From NCBI GenBank assembly GCA_040905425.1, contig JBBDRO010000025.1:1-37021 (forward strand): a DNA stretch of 37,021 nt, written 5' to 3'. This document shows positions 17,354 to 25,239 of this stretch, piece after piece. Position 1 is the first letter of the stretch, and the number at the start of each line of letters is the position of its first letter. The position numbers and the translations under genes were made by a program. This stretch comes from Gemmatimonadota bacterium (lineage in GTDB: Bacteria; Gemmatimonadota; Gemmatimonadetes; Longimicrobiales; RSA9). Below the pieces are notes generated by a model that did no database searches, had not been told where the DNA came from, and saw only the letters and a list, made by a program, of their open reading frames with translations.

Positions 17354-17355
17354 CT

Positions 17356-19098
17356 TCAACCGCCGCCCGGGATGGCGATGTGGCAGCGGCGGCAGGTCAG
17401 CTTGTTGCGATCGGCCATGCGCGTGGGGTCGAAATCGGGGCCGTGCGGGCTGATGCGCCAGCCGCCCGTGGCCGAATGGCACTGCTGGCAGTCCCGCTCG
17501 GCGTGGCAGGTGGCACAGCTCTCCAGACCCTGGCGGGCGGCCTGGGCGTGCTGCAGCAGCCAGAGCGGCAGGGCGTTGTGGAAGGCAACGTCCAGGCGGC
17601 CCTCCGATCCCAGCCCCACGCTCTCGTGGCAGCTCTTGCAGAAGGACTGGGTGTTGTGGCAGGTGCTGCATTCGGTCTGCCGGCTGTAGGCGTCCGTGGC
17701 GTGCCGCTGCACGAAATTGGGCGCGTGGAAGCCCGAACTTTCCGGCGCGTCGTGGCAGTCGCTGCAGAATGTGCTGGTGTGGCAGCTGGAGCAGCTCGGC
17801 TGATCGGCGGCCGCCGCGCCGCCGTGCGCCGTGGCAAAGCCCGGCGGGTGGAGCAGTGCCGCGCGCTGGCTCTCCCCCTGCTGCGGCGCCATGGGGCGCG
17901 CCAGCTCGGGGTGGCGTACGGTGGCGGCCCGCGGTGCCGCGTCCGGGGCGCCCGGCGTCGCGGTCACGCGCCAGCCGCTGATCTGCACACCCCCGGGGCC
18001 CGCGGGAAGCATGCGGATGAGTTCCCGGCCACCCTCGCCGATGTGACAGGCATTGCAGCTCGGTCGCGCGTGGCAGTTGGCGCACGTCTGGATGCGCGCG
18101 GTGGCGTCCTGGCGGTGGGAATAGAGCCAGCCCTGTTCCTCGTGGCTCTCGGGCAGCGGATACACGGCTACGCGCTCCAGGGAGGCGGCCAGCGCGCGCG
18201 GATCGCTGGCGAGCGCCGCGATGGCGGGGATATCCGCGGCGTTCAGATGGCAGCGCGAGCAGCTCTCCGCGGCGTGGCAGTTGGCGCACGTCTGGATGCG
18301 CGCGTTGGCGTCCTGGCCGTGGGCATAGAGCCAGCCCTGTTCCTCGTGGCTGTCCGGCAGGGGATAGACGGCCACGCGCTCCGAGAAGGCCACCAGCAGG
18401 CGCGGGTCGCTGCCGAGCGCCGCGATGGCGGGGACATCCGCCGCGTTCAGATGGCAGCGCGAGCAGCTCTCCACGGCATGGCAGACGGCGCACTGTTGGC
18501 GCGCGAACGCTTCACTGGGCGCGTGGTCGAAGGCGTAGTCCTCGGCCGCGTGTGAGGACGGTTCGGGGAAGGCGGCAATGTTCCAGGCGGCCAGCTCGTC
18601 CGCCTCCGCCAGCGGCATGTGGCATTGCCGGCAGTCCGCGTCCGCCGCCAGGTGCTCCGGCGCCTCGTGCGCGTGGCAATCCAGGCACCAGGCCGGTTCG
18701 GCGGCGGCCACGGCCATGAAGGCCGTGCTGCCATCCGCGGCGTGGCAGGTGTGGCAGGTGAGCGAGTCACCCCCCGCCCGGGCCGCGTCCCGGTGCGTGC
18801 CGTGGGTAAAACGCAGGTTGTCCGGATCGTCCTGAAAGCCGGACCAGGTCACCGTGGGCTGCACGGCGCCGTCGTGGCAGGCCGCGCACAGTTCCTGGTC
18901 CGGGAAACCCATGGACTCCTGCCCCGTGGGCAGCTCGCCGTGGCAGCCGGAGCAGGTGGGAAAGAGCGCGGCGTGCTGCGCGTGCGGGAAAGGCTGGCGT
19001 TCCTGCTGCGCAGCCGCCCACAGACCGGTGCCTCCCAGCCCCAGGAGCGCCACCACCGCCAGCGCCACCAGCCGGCCCGTGGTCACGGCGCCCCTCAC
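17356..19098 (-). CDS. Secreted 18-heme c-type cytochrome
   Basis: Signal peptide (WAAA|Q), 18 CxxCH by manual count; GTG start overlaps upstream TGA after GGAGGT; alternative start 19086. Confidence 0.93.
   Translation of the reverse strand: MRGAVTTGRLVALAVVALLGLGGTGLWAAAQQERQPFPHAQHAALFPTCSGCHGELPTGQESMGFPDQELCAACHDGAVQPTVTWSGFQDDPDNLRFTHGTHRDAARAGGDSLTCHTCHAADGSTAFMAVAAAEPAWCLDCHAHEAPEHLAADADCRQCHMPLAEADELAAWNIAAFPEPSSHAAEDYAFDHAPSEAFARQQCAVCHAVESCSRCHLNAADVPAIAALGSDPRLLVAFSERVAVYPLPDSHEEQGWLYAHGQDANARIQTCANCHAAESCSRCHLNAADIPAIAALASDPRALAASLERVAVYPLPESHEEQGWLYSHRQDATARIQTCANCHARPSCNACHIGEGGRELIRMLPAGPGGVQISGWRVTATPGAPDAAPRAATVRHPELARPMAPQQGESQRAALLHPPGFATAHGGAAAADQPSCSSCHTSTFCSDCHDAPESSGFHAPNFVQRHATDAYSRQTECSTCHNTQSFCKSCHESVGLGSEGRLDVAFHNALPLWLLQHAQAARQGLESCATCHAERDCQQCHSATGGWRISPHGPDFDPTRMADRNKLTCRRCHIAIPGGG
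18068..18484 (-). repeat. Intragenic 204-bp (68-aa) tandem duplication carrying two heme motifs per unit
   Basis: TGGCAG anchors at 18071, 18275 and 18479; 56/66 aa identical between units. Confidence 0.95.
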
Positions 19099-20558
19099 GA
19101 TCCACCTCCCCCGCCGCGCATCCCCGGATCCGCGCCCACGGCCCACTCCAGTTGCAGCGTGGCCCGCACCTGCGTCCAGTCCACCGTCCCCGGCGTGGGG
19201 CTCTCCAGGTGACGGTAGGCCGTGGCGCTGCCGCTCAGCCGCGTGTCCGCATTCAGCCGCCACGCGGCGTTGGCCCCGAGGCCGGCCACCACGCCTTCAC
19301 CGAGGGAGAATTCGCGAATGCTCTGGAAGAGCGCGCCGTGCGCGCCCACGTAGCCCGTCTCCCCCCAGTCGCGGCGCAGCGCGGCGTCCACCTCACTCTG
19401 CGCAGCGCCGAAGTTGATGTGGCGCCAGTAGGCGCCCGAGGCCATCCACGCCTCAGCGGGGCGCCACCATGCGTCCGCACCCACCCGCCAGCCGTTCGTG
19501 CGCAGCATGGCCGACGCCAGCCCGGCGTGCGCCTCGTCGTAGCTCCGCCAGGCACCCGTGAGGCGCACCCCCAGCTCATCGGCGCGCCCCCACGCCAGCG
19601 TGCCGCTCCCTTCACCGTAGCCCACGGGCGAGAACACCCCCCAGATGGTCCACAGCTCGAAGAAGGGGCGGTAGCGGCGTACCTCGGCCGCGGCGGAGAA
19701 ACCGTGCGCCAGCGGGACGTCGGCACGCAAGCGGGCCTCGTTCAGCCAGCCGGCGCCCAGGTCGGCCTGCAGTGCGCCACTCACGGCTCCGCGGCCGAAG
19801 GACACGCGGGCGTCCGCCGCCAGGCGCTCCGAGTAGAGGGCGCCTCGATCGGTGCGGATCTCCCGCTGGTAGAGCAGCGAGCCGGCCATGCCCGGTGCGG
19901 GACGCACGCGCGCCAGCGCACCCAGGATGTAGGCGCGCTCGGAGGGGAAGAATGGCTCCACGCCCTCCAGGGCGTCGTCGTGATACTCGTTGGTGCCGCG
20001 CATGAGACTCCACCCGCCGTAGGCCTCCACGGTGAGCTCGTCCATGGGCCGATAGGCCAGCGCCAGCCCATCGAAGTTGTACCAGCCGAGCGAGGAGGTC
20101 TGCCACTGGCGGCCGAGCCGTGCCCGGTAGCTGGGGCGGTCCACTTCCACGTAGGCGGAGAGGACGTCCAGGGGGTCATCGGCCTCGGGCCAGAGCGCGT
20201 CGGCCTGGCCCACCGCGGCGCGACCGCGGACATGAGCATAGGCGCGCACGCCCTGACCAAAGCCCCAGGCACTGGCACGCAGGTCCTGCATGAGCGGCAC
20301 GGTGGAGAGCCGCGGCCCCGCGCCCAGATAAAAGCACCAGGGTAGGCCCTCCGTACACCGCACCACCGAACCGTCCGGTGCCAGGCGGAGCGTGCCGGTC
20401 CCGAGCGCGTTCTCCATCGGGATGCTGTCCTTGACCGCCGTGGCCAGTTCGGCGTAGCGGGCCGTGCTGACGCCCGTGACACGCACGCCCTGGCCCGCTG
20501 CGGGCGCCACCGTCACGAGCGCCGCGATGGCCGCCACCGACCCGATCCTTGCACTCAT
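19095..20558 (-). CDS. Probable outer-membrane beta-barrel (porin) of a porin-cytochrome cluster, 487 aa
   Basis: Signal peptide (PAAG|Q); alternating strands AYVEVD, ARLGRQW, FDGLALAY, TVEAYGG, VRATLQLEW; no heme motifs; sits between two multiheme genes. Confidence 0.75.
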   Translation of the reverse strand: MSARIGSVAAIAALVTVAPAAGQGVRVTGVSTARYAELATAVKDSIPMENALGTGTLRLAPDGSVVRCTEGLPWCFYLGAGPRLSTVPLMQDLRASAWGFGQGVRAYAHVRGRAAVGQADALWPEADDPLDVLSAYVEVDRPSYRARLGRQWQTSSLGWYNFDGLALAYRPMDELTVEAYGGWSLMRGTNEYHDDALEGVEPFFPSERAYILGALARVRPAPGMAGSLLYQREIRTDRGALYSERLAADARVSFGRGAVSGALQADLGAGWLNEARLRADVPLAHGFSAAAEVRRYRPFFELWTIWGVFSPVGYGEGSGTLAWGRADELGVRLTGAWRSYDEAHAGLASAMLRTNGWRVGADAWWRPAEAWMASGAYWRHINFGAAQSEVDAALRRDWGETGYVGAHGALFQSIREFSLGEGVVAGLGANAAWRLNADTRLSGSATAYRHLESPTPGTVDWTQVRATLQLEWAVGADPGMRGGGGGS

Positions 20559-20560
20559 CC

Positions 20561-22279
20561 TCACCGGCTGCCTCCTCCCACAACGCCCTTCGACCAGTCG
20601 GTTGCGTGGCACACGGCGCAGGGCCGCTCCGGATAGTGGTCCCGCTGCGCCTCGTGACAGGTGAGGCAGACGGGCCTGGTGGGCGGCAGCGGCGCCACGA
20701 CGGCGTTCTCGTGGCAGCCCGCCCCGCCGCAGCCCAGGTGCACGGCGCGGTCGTGCACCGGGCCGGGCTCGGCGGACTGCGGCGTATGGCACGCCTGGCA
20801 CATGCTGCCGCCCACGAAGTCGTGATGGTCCTCGTGGCACGAGGCGCACGTCACGGCCGCGGCGAACGTACCCGGGGTGGTGTGGCAGGTGGTGCACGCC
20901 ACCTGCTCGTGCCAGCCGTGCGTGAACGGGAGCGCGCGGTTGCGGGGCGCGTCCCAGACGGACAGGTCGAGCAAAACGGATTCCTGGTACCTGCCGGCGA
21001 TCTCACTCGACGTGTGGCAGCGCTGACACCGGTCGCGCATGCGTGGCGCGTGGTGGCACGCCTGGCAGTCGGCGGCGGTGCGCACCACGAGCGCGCCGTG
21101 GGCCGTGGCGGTGCCATGGCAGGCGGTACACGCCACGCTGGCGTGACGGTCGTGCGAGAACGGCTCTCCACCCAGACGCGGCACCTGTTGGAGCAGGAAG
21201 CCCAGGCCGCGCAGCAGCGGGGCGGCCAGCGTGGCGGTGGGCAGCATGCCCATGCGCTCGATGCCCGCCGCCGGATGGAAGCTCTCCCCTCCCGCCGGTG
21301 GATGGGGCGCCGTGCCGCGCGGGCGGTTGGGCCGATCCAGCGTCGCCGGGTCGTGGCAGGCCACGCAGGTCACGCCCGGCGCGTTCCAGGTATGGGCGGC
21401 GTGGCAGTCGGTGCACTGTGCCAGCGCGCCGGGTTCCAGGCCTCGATGCCAGGGGCTCAGGGTTTCGGGCGTGCTATGACAGCCGGCCGAGGCGCACGAC
21501 TGCACGGCCTGCGCGGCGGTTTGCTGCTGATGCGGGTCGTGACACACGCCGCAGGACCCGCCGTGCGGTTCGTCCTCCGGGAAGTTGGCCAGCATGGCGC
21601 GCATCTGATGGCACGCCGTGCACTCGGGTCGGCGGGGCTGCAGCGCATTGGCCAGGCTGTCCGCCGGCGTCCCGGGCGCCACCGGCCGGTTGAAGTTGTG
21701 GCACGCCACGCAGTGGATGGTCATCTGCCCCATGGCGCCCAGACGCACCGTGGTATCCTCGTGGCAGCCGGCCTGGCCGCAGGTCTGACTGGTGGCGGTG
21801 AAAACGTGGATGGAGGCTGAGTGGCACTCCACGCAGCGGAGTCCCTCCAGCGACGGGTCGTCCGATTCCATGTGCACGCGGTGGCCGGCCGAGGCGGCAA
21901 TGAGCGTCCATTCCTCCGGATTGCCGTCGATATGGCACTCGGCGCAGCGCTCGTTGGGCACCTCCGCGTGCTCCTCGATGGTCTCGGGCTGCTCGATGAT
22001 CTGGCTGAGGGCCATGCGGCTGCGCGCCACGAACGTGGGCTGGTGGCAGGCCTTGCAGCCCAGGCCCCGGTGGGCACTCTGCTCGAAGCGGGAGAAGGGG
22101 TCCTGCATGAGGTGGCAGGACATGCAGAAGTCGTTGTCGTGCTGGACGTAGTCGTACGTGCGGTACATCAGGATGCCGGCCACCACGGCCCCCGCCACGA
22201 CCAGAGTCCCCAGGACGGCCATTACGCTTCTGGGCAGGTTGCGCAGCGTGCCGCCCATGCGGTCCAGCAGCGCCCTCAT
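20561..22279 (-). CDS. Membrane-anchored multiheme cytochrome c with N-terminal NapC/NirT-like domain (17 CxxCH + 3 CX4CH)
   Basis: N-terminal TM helix then NDFCMSCHLM (CxxCHxM) and SAHRGLGCKACH, typical of NapC/NrfH; 572 aa. Confidence 0.9.
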   Translation of the reverse strand: MRALLDRMGGTLRNLPRSVMAVLGTLVVAGAVVAGILMYRTYDYVQHDNDFCMSCHLMQDPFSRFEQSAHRGLGCKACHQPTFVARSRMALSQIIEQPETIEEHAEVPNERCAECHIDGNPEEWTLIAASAGHRVHMESDDPSLEGLRCVECHSASIHVFTATSQTCGQAGCHEDTTVRLGAMGQMTIHCVACHNFNRPVAPGTPADSLANALQPRRPECTACHQMRAMLANFPEDEPHGGSCGVCHDPHQQQTAAQAVQSCASAGCHSTPETLSPWHRGLEPGALAQCTDCHAAHTWNAPGVTCVACHDPATLDRPNRPRGTAPHPPAGGESFHPAAGIERMGMLPTATLAAPLLRGLGFLLQQVPRLGGEPFSHDRHASVACTACHGTATAHGALVVRTAADCQACHHAPRMRDRCQRCHTSSEIAGRYQESVLLDLSVWDAPRNRALPFTHGWHEQVACTTCHTTPGTFAAAVTCASCHEDHHDFVGGSMCQACHTPQSAEPGPVHDRAVHLGCGGAGCHENAVVAPLPPTRPVCLTCHEAQRDHYPERPCAVCHATDWSKGVVGGGSR

Positions 22280-22393
22280 TGCGCTCGCCCGCCCAGCCAG
22301 AGGCCCGGGGGTTCCCCGGGACCGGCCGTTTCCGTTCGTTGCATCCGGTATCGCCTCCCAGCCCCGGAAACCCGTCCCTTCGAATGACGCTTG

Positions 22394-22422
22394 AACGTAC
22401 ATCGCCGCGCGCCATGCGACAA
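22394..22422 (-). promoter_or_regulatory. Candidate sigma70 promoter for the leftward cytochrome-porin operon
   Basis: Minus strand TTGTCG, 17 nt, TACGTT in the divergent intergenic region. Confidence 0.3.
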
Positions 22423-22565
22423 TTCGATATGTTCCCCACAAGCCTTCAAGGAAATGCGGACAGACAACGCGGCGCCTACACCACTATCCTTGCGCACGTC
22501 GCGACGCGCCGCAGGGGTCGCGGTACGCGCGTAAAGCCGCTCACGAGGACCGAGGAGATACCGGT

Positions 22566-23018
22566 ATGATGATGCCCCGTAGCCTGCTCACCGCTCTGGC
22601 CGTGGTGGCCGCCGCCGGTCTCACCGCCTGTGGCTCGGAGCCCGAGGACGCCACGCCGATCGGTGGCGCGCCGGCGGATGCCAGCGCCCTTCCTGCGGCG
22701 GAAGTGCGTGCCGAACTCGACGCGGGGAACGCGGCGTACCGCAAGGACGATCACGAGACCGCGCTGGCCCACTACACGAAGGCCACCGAGATGGCGCCGG
22801 AGCTGGCGGCGGCGTGGTTCGGGGTGTCCATGGCCCAGGAGGCGCTGGGCAACGCGGAGGCCGCGCAGGAAGCCATGCAGAAGGCCATGGAGTTGGCGCC
22901 CGCCGACGAAGCCGGTGACCTGCAGAGCATGCCGCGGGACGCTGATCACGCGCCCGGCGGCGCCATGCCGCCCGCCACCATGCCGGACGACACCATCCAC
23001 GGCGGCACGGGCGGCTGA
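22566..23018 (+). CDS. TPR-repeat lipoprotein
   Basis: GAGGAG RBS, lipobox LTAC, two TPR-like units (GNAAYRKDDHETALAHYTKA; AWFGVSMAQEALGNAEAAQEAMQKA); Met/His-rich tail. Confidence 0.85.
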   Translation: MMMPRSLLTALAVVAAAGLTACGSEPEDATPIGGAPADASALPAAEVRAELDAGNAAYRKDDHETALAHYTKATEMAPELAAAWFGVSMAQEALGNAEAAQEAMQKAMELAPADEAGDLQSMPRDADHAPGGAMPPATMPDDTIHGGTGG

Positions 23019-23025
23019 GGTGCGC

Positions 23026-23478
23026 ATGCGCGCGCGCGCCATGGGCGTTCTGCTGAGCGGGCTCGCCGCCGCCGGCTGCGAGGAGCACGAGTTCCATCCG
23101 CCCGACCGTGCGGCACAGGTGGCCGTGGCCGATTCGCAGTACGCGCAGCTGCGCTTCGACACCATTGCGTGGGCCGCCGAGGACGCACGCATCGAAGTCG
23201 GCAATACCACGTTCGCCGCGCACTGCACGCGCTGTCACGGGCCGCTGGGCAGGGGCGGTACGGAGTACGTGGTCGAGCAGGACCTGGACGTGCCGTCGCT
23301 GGTGGAGCCCGGGTGGCCGTACGAGGGGGACACCGACGCGGTCCGTCGACGCGTCTGGGTGGGCCACCCCCAGGGCATGCCCACGTGGGGCGTGGCGCGC
23401 CTGACCCTGCGCGAGGTGGATGCCGTGGCGCACTACATCGTGGCGCAGTTGCGGCCGGAGGTGCTCGGCGGCGGCTGA
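23026..23478 (+). CDS. Monoheme class I cytochrome c lipoprotein
   Basis: Lipobox-like AAGC, one CTRCH, distal GMPTWG (Met ligand). Confidence 0.85.
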   Translation: MRARAMGVLLSGLAAAGCEEHEFHPPDRAAQVAVADSQYAQLRFDTIAWAAEDARIEVGNTTFAAHCTRCHGPLGRGGTEYVVEQDLDVPSLVEPGWPYEGDTDAVRRRVWVGHPQGMPTWGVARLTLREVDAVAHYIVAQLRPEVLGGG

Positions 23479-23594
23479 GCCACTCATTCATCGCGCACGA
23501 GGCGCCGTCCGGCTGGACCGGGCGGCGCCTCGTTACGTCTGTAAGCGACGCTGCAGCGCACCCTCCCGGCGCTCGCCAGCGGTGATCCGGGGGT

Positions 23595-23631
23595 GCGCGA
23601 AATCGCGCGCGGCATCGCGCGAAAACGCGCG
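23595..23631. promoter_or_regulatory. Tandem palindromic sites, candidate upstream activator sequences for a sigma54 activator
   Basis: GCGCGAAATCGCGCG (23595-23609) and GCGCGAAAACGCGCG (23617-23631), 14/15 identical, 22-bp period. Confidence 0.55.
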
Positions 23632-23676
23632 TTTCGGGCCACGAAGGACGCCGCGTCATCGTCGCTTGAATCCGTA

Positions 23677-23689
23677 TAAGTGGTTGTTA
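23677..23689 (-). promoter_or_regulatory. Candidate IHF binding site
   Basis: TAACAACCACTTA versus WATCAANNNNTTR, 8 of 9 defined positions, between candidate UAS and -24/-12. Confidence 0.5.
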
Positions 23690-23719
23690 TACATTGCTTT
23701 GGCTTCTTTCGAGCAGGCG

Positions 23720-23735
23720 TGGTCCCGCCCTTGTA
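23720..23735 (+). promoter_or_regulatory. Candidate sigma54 promoter with non-canonical -12 GT
   Basis: TGGTCCCGCCCTTGTA, GG-N10-GT with TTG, about 50 nt upstream of ATG 23787. Confidence 0.45.
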
Positions 23736-23786
23736 CTGGTAAGGGGCGAACGGACGCCAGATAGGCGCCGAGACCCGGAGGTAGAA

Positions 23787-24983
23787 ATGACAACCACGAC
23801 GATGACGAACGAGCGGCCCACCGGTGCTGAGTTGATGCGCGGGATTGGCCTTCCTGGACGGATAGCGGTGACCTGGGCGCTGGCGGGCGGACTGCTGCTG
23901 GGCGGCTTCCTGGTGGCGGGAATGACGCTGGCCGGGCGGCTCTCCGGCAGCGGCTTGCTGGTGACCAGCGCGGGCCTCTTCATCATCGGCGCGGCGCTGG
24001 GCTTCGGGCACGGGGCCGTGCTCGGCTTCCTGGGTCGGCCGGAGGGGGTCGGTCGCGCGGAGGCGCTGCGGATGCTGGGGCTGGCGGCCGTGTACGCTCT
24101 GCCCATGCTGGCGCTCGGCCTGCTCGTGGCCGGCTGGGTGAGCATGGCCACGGTGGCGCTCTACATCGGCCGCACGCTGCCCCTGGTAGGCGTGGTGCTG
24201 GCCGCGGCGGTCGGCGTCATAGGGCTGGTGAGCGCCGCGGCCTACGGCTGGCGTGGCGCCCAGCACGCCTATGCGCGCTGGCCGGACCGCAGCGTGGGGA
24301 CCGTGCTGGTGGCGGCTACCTATGCCGCGTTGCTGGTGCTCTTCCTGGCCGACCGCCCGGAGATCTGGGGGCTGCGGCTGCGGGTTACCGAGACGGGCGC
24401 CGTGCTGCTGGCCTCGGCGGTGACCTTCTGGCTGGTGGGTCCCGGGGTGACGCTGGCGCTCGGAGCGTTGCGCCGCCTGGCGCTGCCCATGCCCGCACTC
24501 GTGGTGAGTGACGGGCGCGGCCTGGCCGGCGGCCTGGCCGTGGGCATGGCGGCCGGTGGTGTGCTGGCGGTCCTGGCGCTGCCGTTCCACGGAGCTCCGT
24601 TCGGGGCGCATACGTTCGCCGCCGGCGCCGGCGCGGCGGGGACGCTCCTGCTGGGACTGGGCGCCGCACTGTTCAGCGAGGTACTGCTGCGCCTCGTGTT
24701 GGTGACGGCCGTGGCCGCCGTGGTGCTCCGGCGCATGGGCGCGGACCGGCTCGAGGCGGGGGCGGCCGGTGTGGTGGCCGCGGCGCTCGTGCAGGTGCTG
24801 CTCTACCTGCCGGCGGTCCTCGAGGTGGGGTTCGCCAGCTCGGTGGCGGCCGCGGGCTACGTGATCCTGGGAGTGATGGTACCCTCCCTGGTCTTCGGCT
24901 TCCTGTACTGGACGCGCGGTCTGGGCACCGCCGTGGTGGCGCACGCCACCGCGCTCGTGGTCCTGGCGCTGCTGGTGGCCTGA
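23787..24983 (+). CDS. Polytopic membrane protein with C-terminal degenerate CPBP/Abi (CAAX protease-like) domain, 398 aa
   Basis: GGAGGT RBS; many TM segments; FSEVLLR (motif 1 remnant), VFGFLYWTRGLGTAVVAHA (final motif). Confidence 0.7.
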   Translation: MTTTTMTNERPTGAELMRGIGLPGRIAVTWALAGGLLLGGFLVAGMTLAGRLSGSGLLVTSAGLFIIGAALGFGHGAVLGFLGRPEGVGRAEALRMLGLAAVYALPMLALGLLVAGWVSMATVALYIGRTLPLVGVVLAAAVGVIGLVSAAAYGWRGAQHAYARWPDRSVGTVLVAATYAALLVLFLADRPEIWGLRLRVTETGAVLLASAVTFWLVGPGVTLALGALRRLALPMPALVVSDGRGLAGGLAVGMAAGGVLAVLALPFHGAPFGAHTFAAGAGAAGTLLLGLGAALFSEVLLRLVLVTAVAAVVLRRMGADRLEAGAAGVVAAALVQVLLYLPAVLEVGFASSVAAAGYVILGVMVPSLVFGFLYWTRGLGTAVVAHATALVVLALLVA

Positions 24984-25239
24984 GCTGCCTTCGCGCGGTC
25001 CACCTGCTGTCGGATTCGTCTCACCACCGCCCCACCGGACTCCCGGTGGGGCGGACGCACGTAAGGGGGGCCGGGGCGGGCGCTTCCCTACGTGGCTGCG
25101 GTTTTTCCCACGCCAGATTCCGTCATCTCCCCACAGACGTTGGGGCGCCTCGCCCGGATATTGATGCTGTGCCGATCCAGGCGGGTGGACGCCCGCGGCA
25201 CTGGGCAGGGCGCCTGGCGCTCCGGGAGGAGGGACGCCG

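Noticed and set aside
19095..20558. Naming the cluster mtrAB/mtrC
   Set aside because: The barrel is shorter than typical MtrB and the cytochromes are not decahemes; homology cannot be shown here
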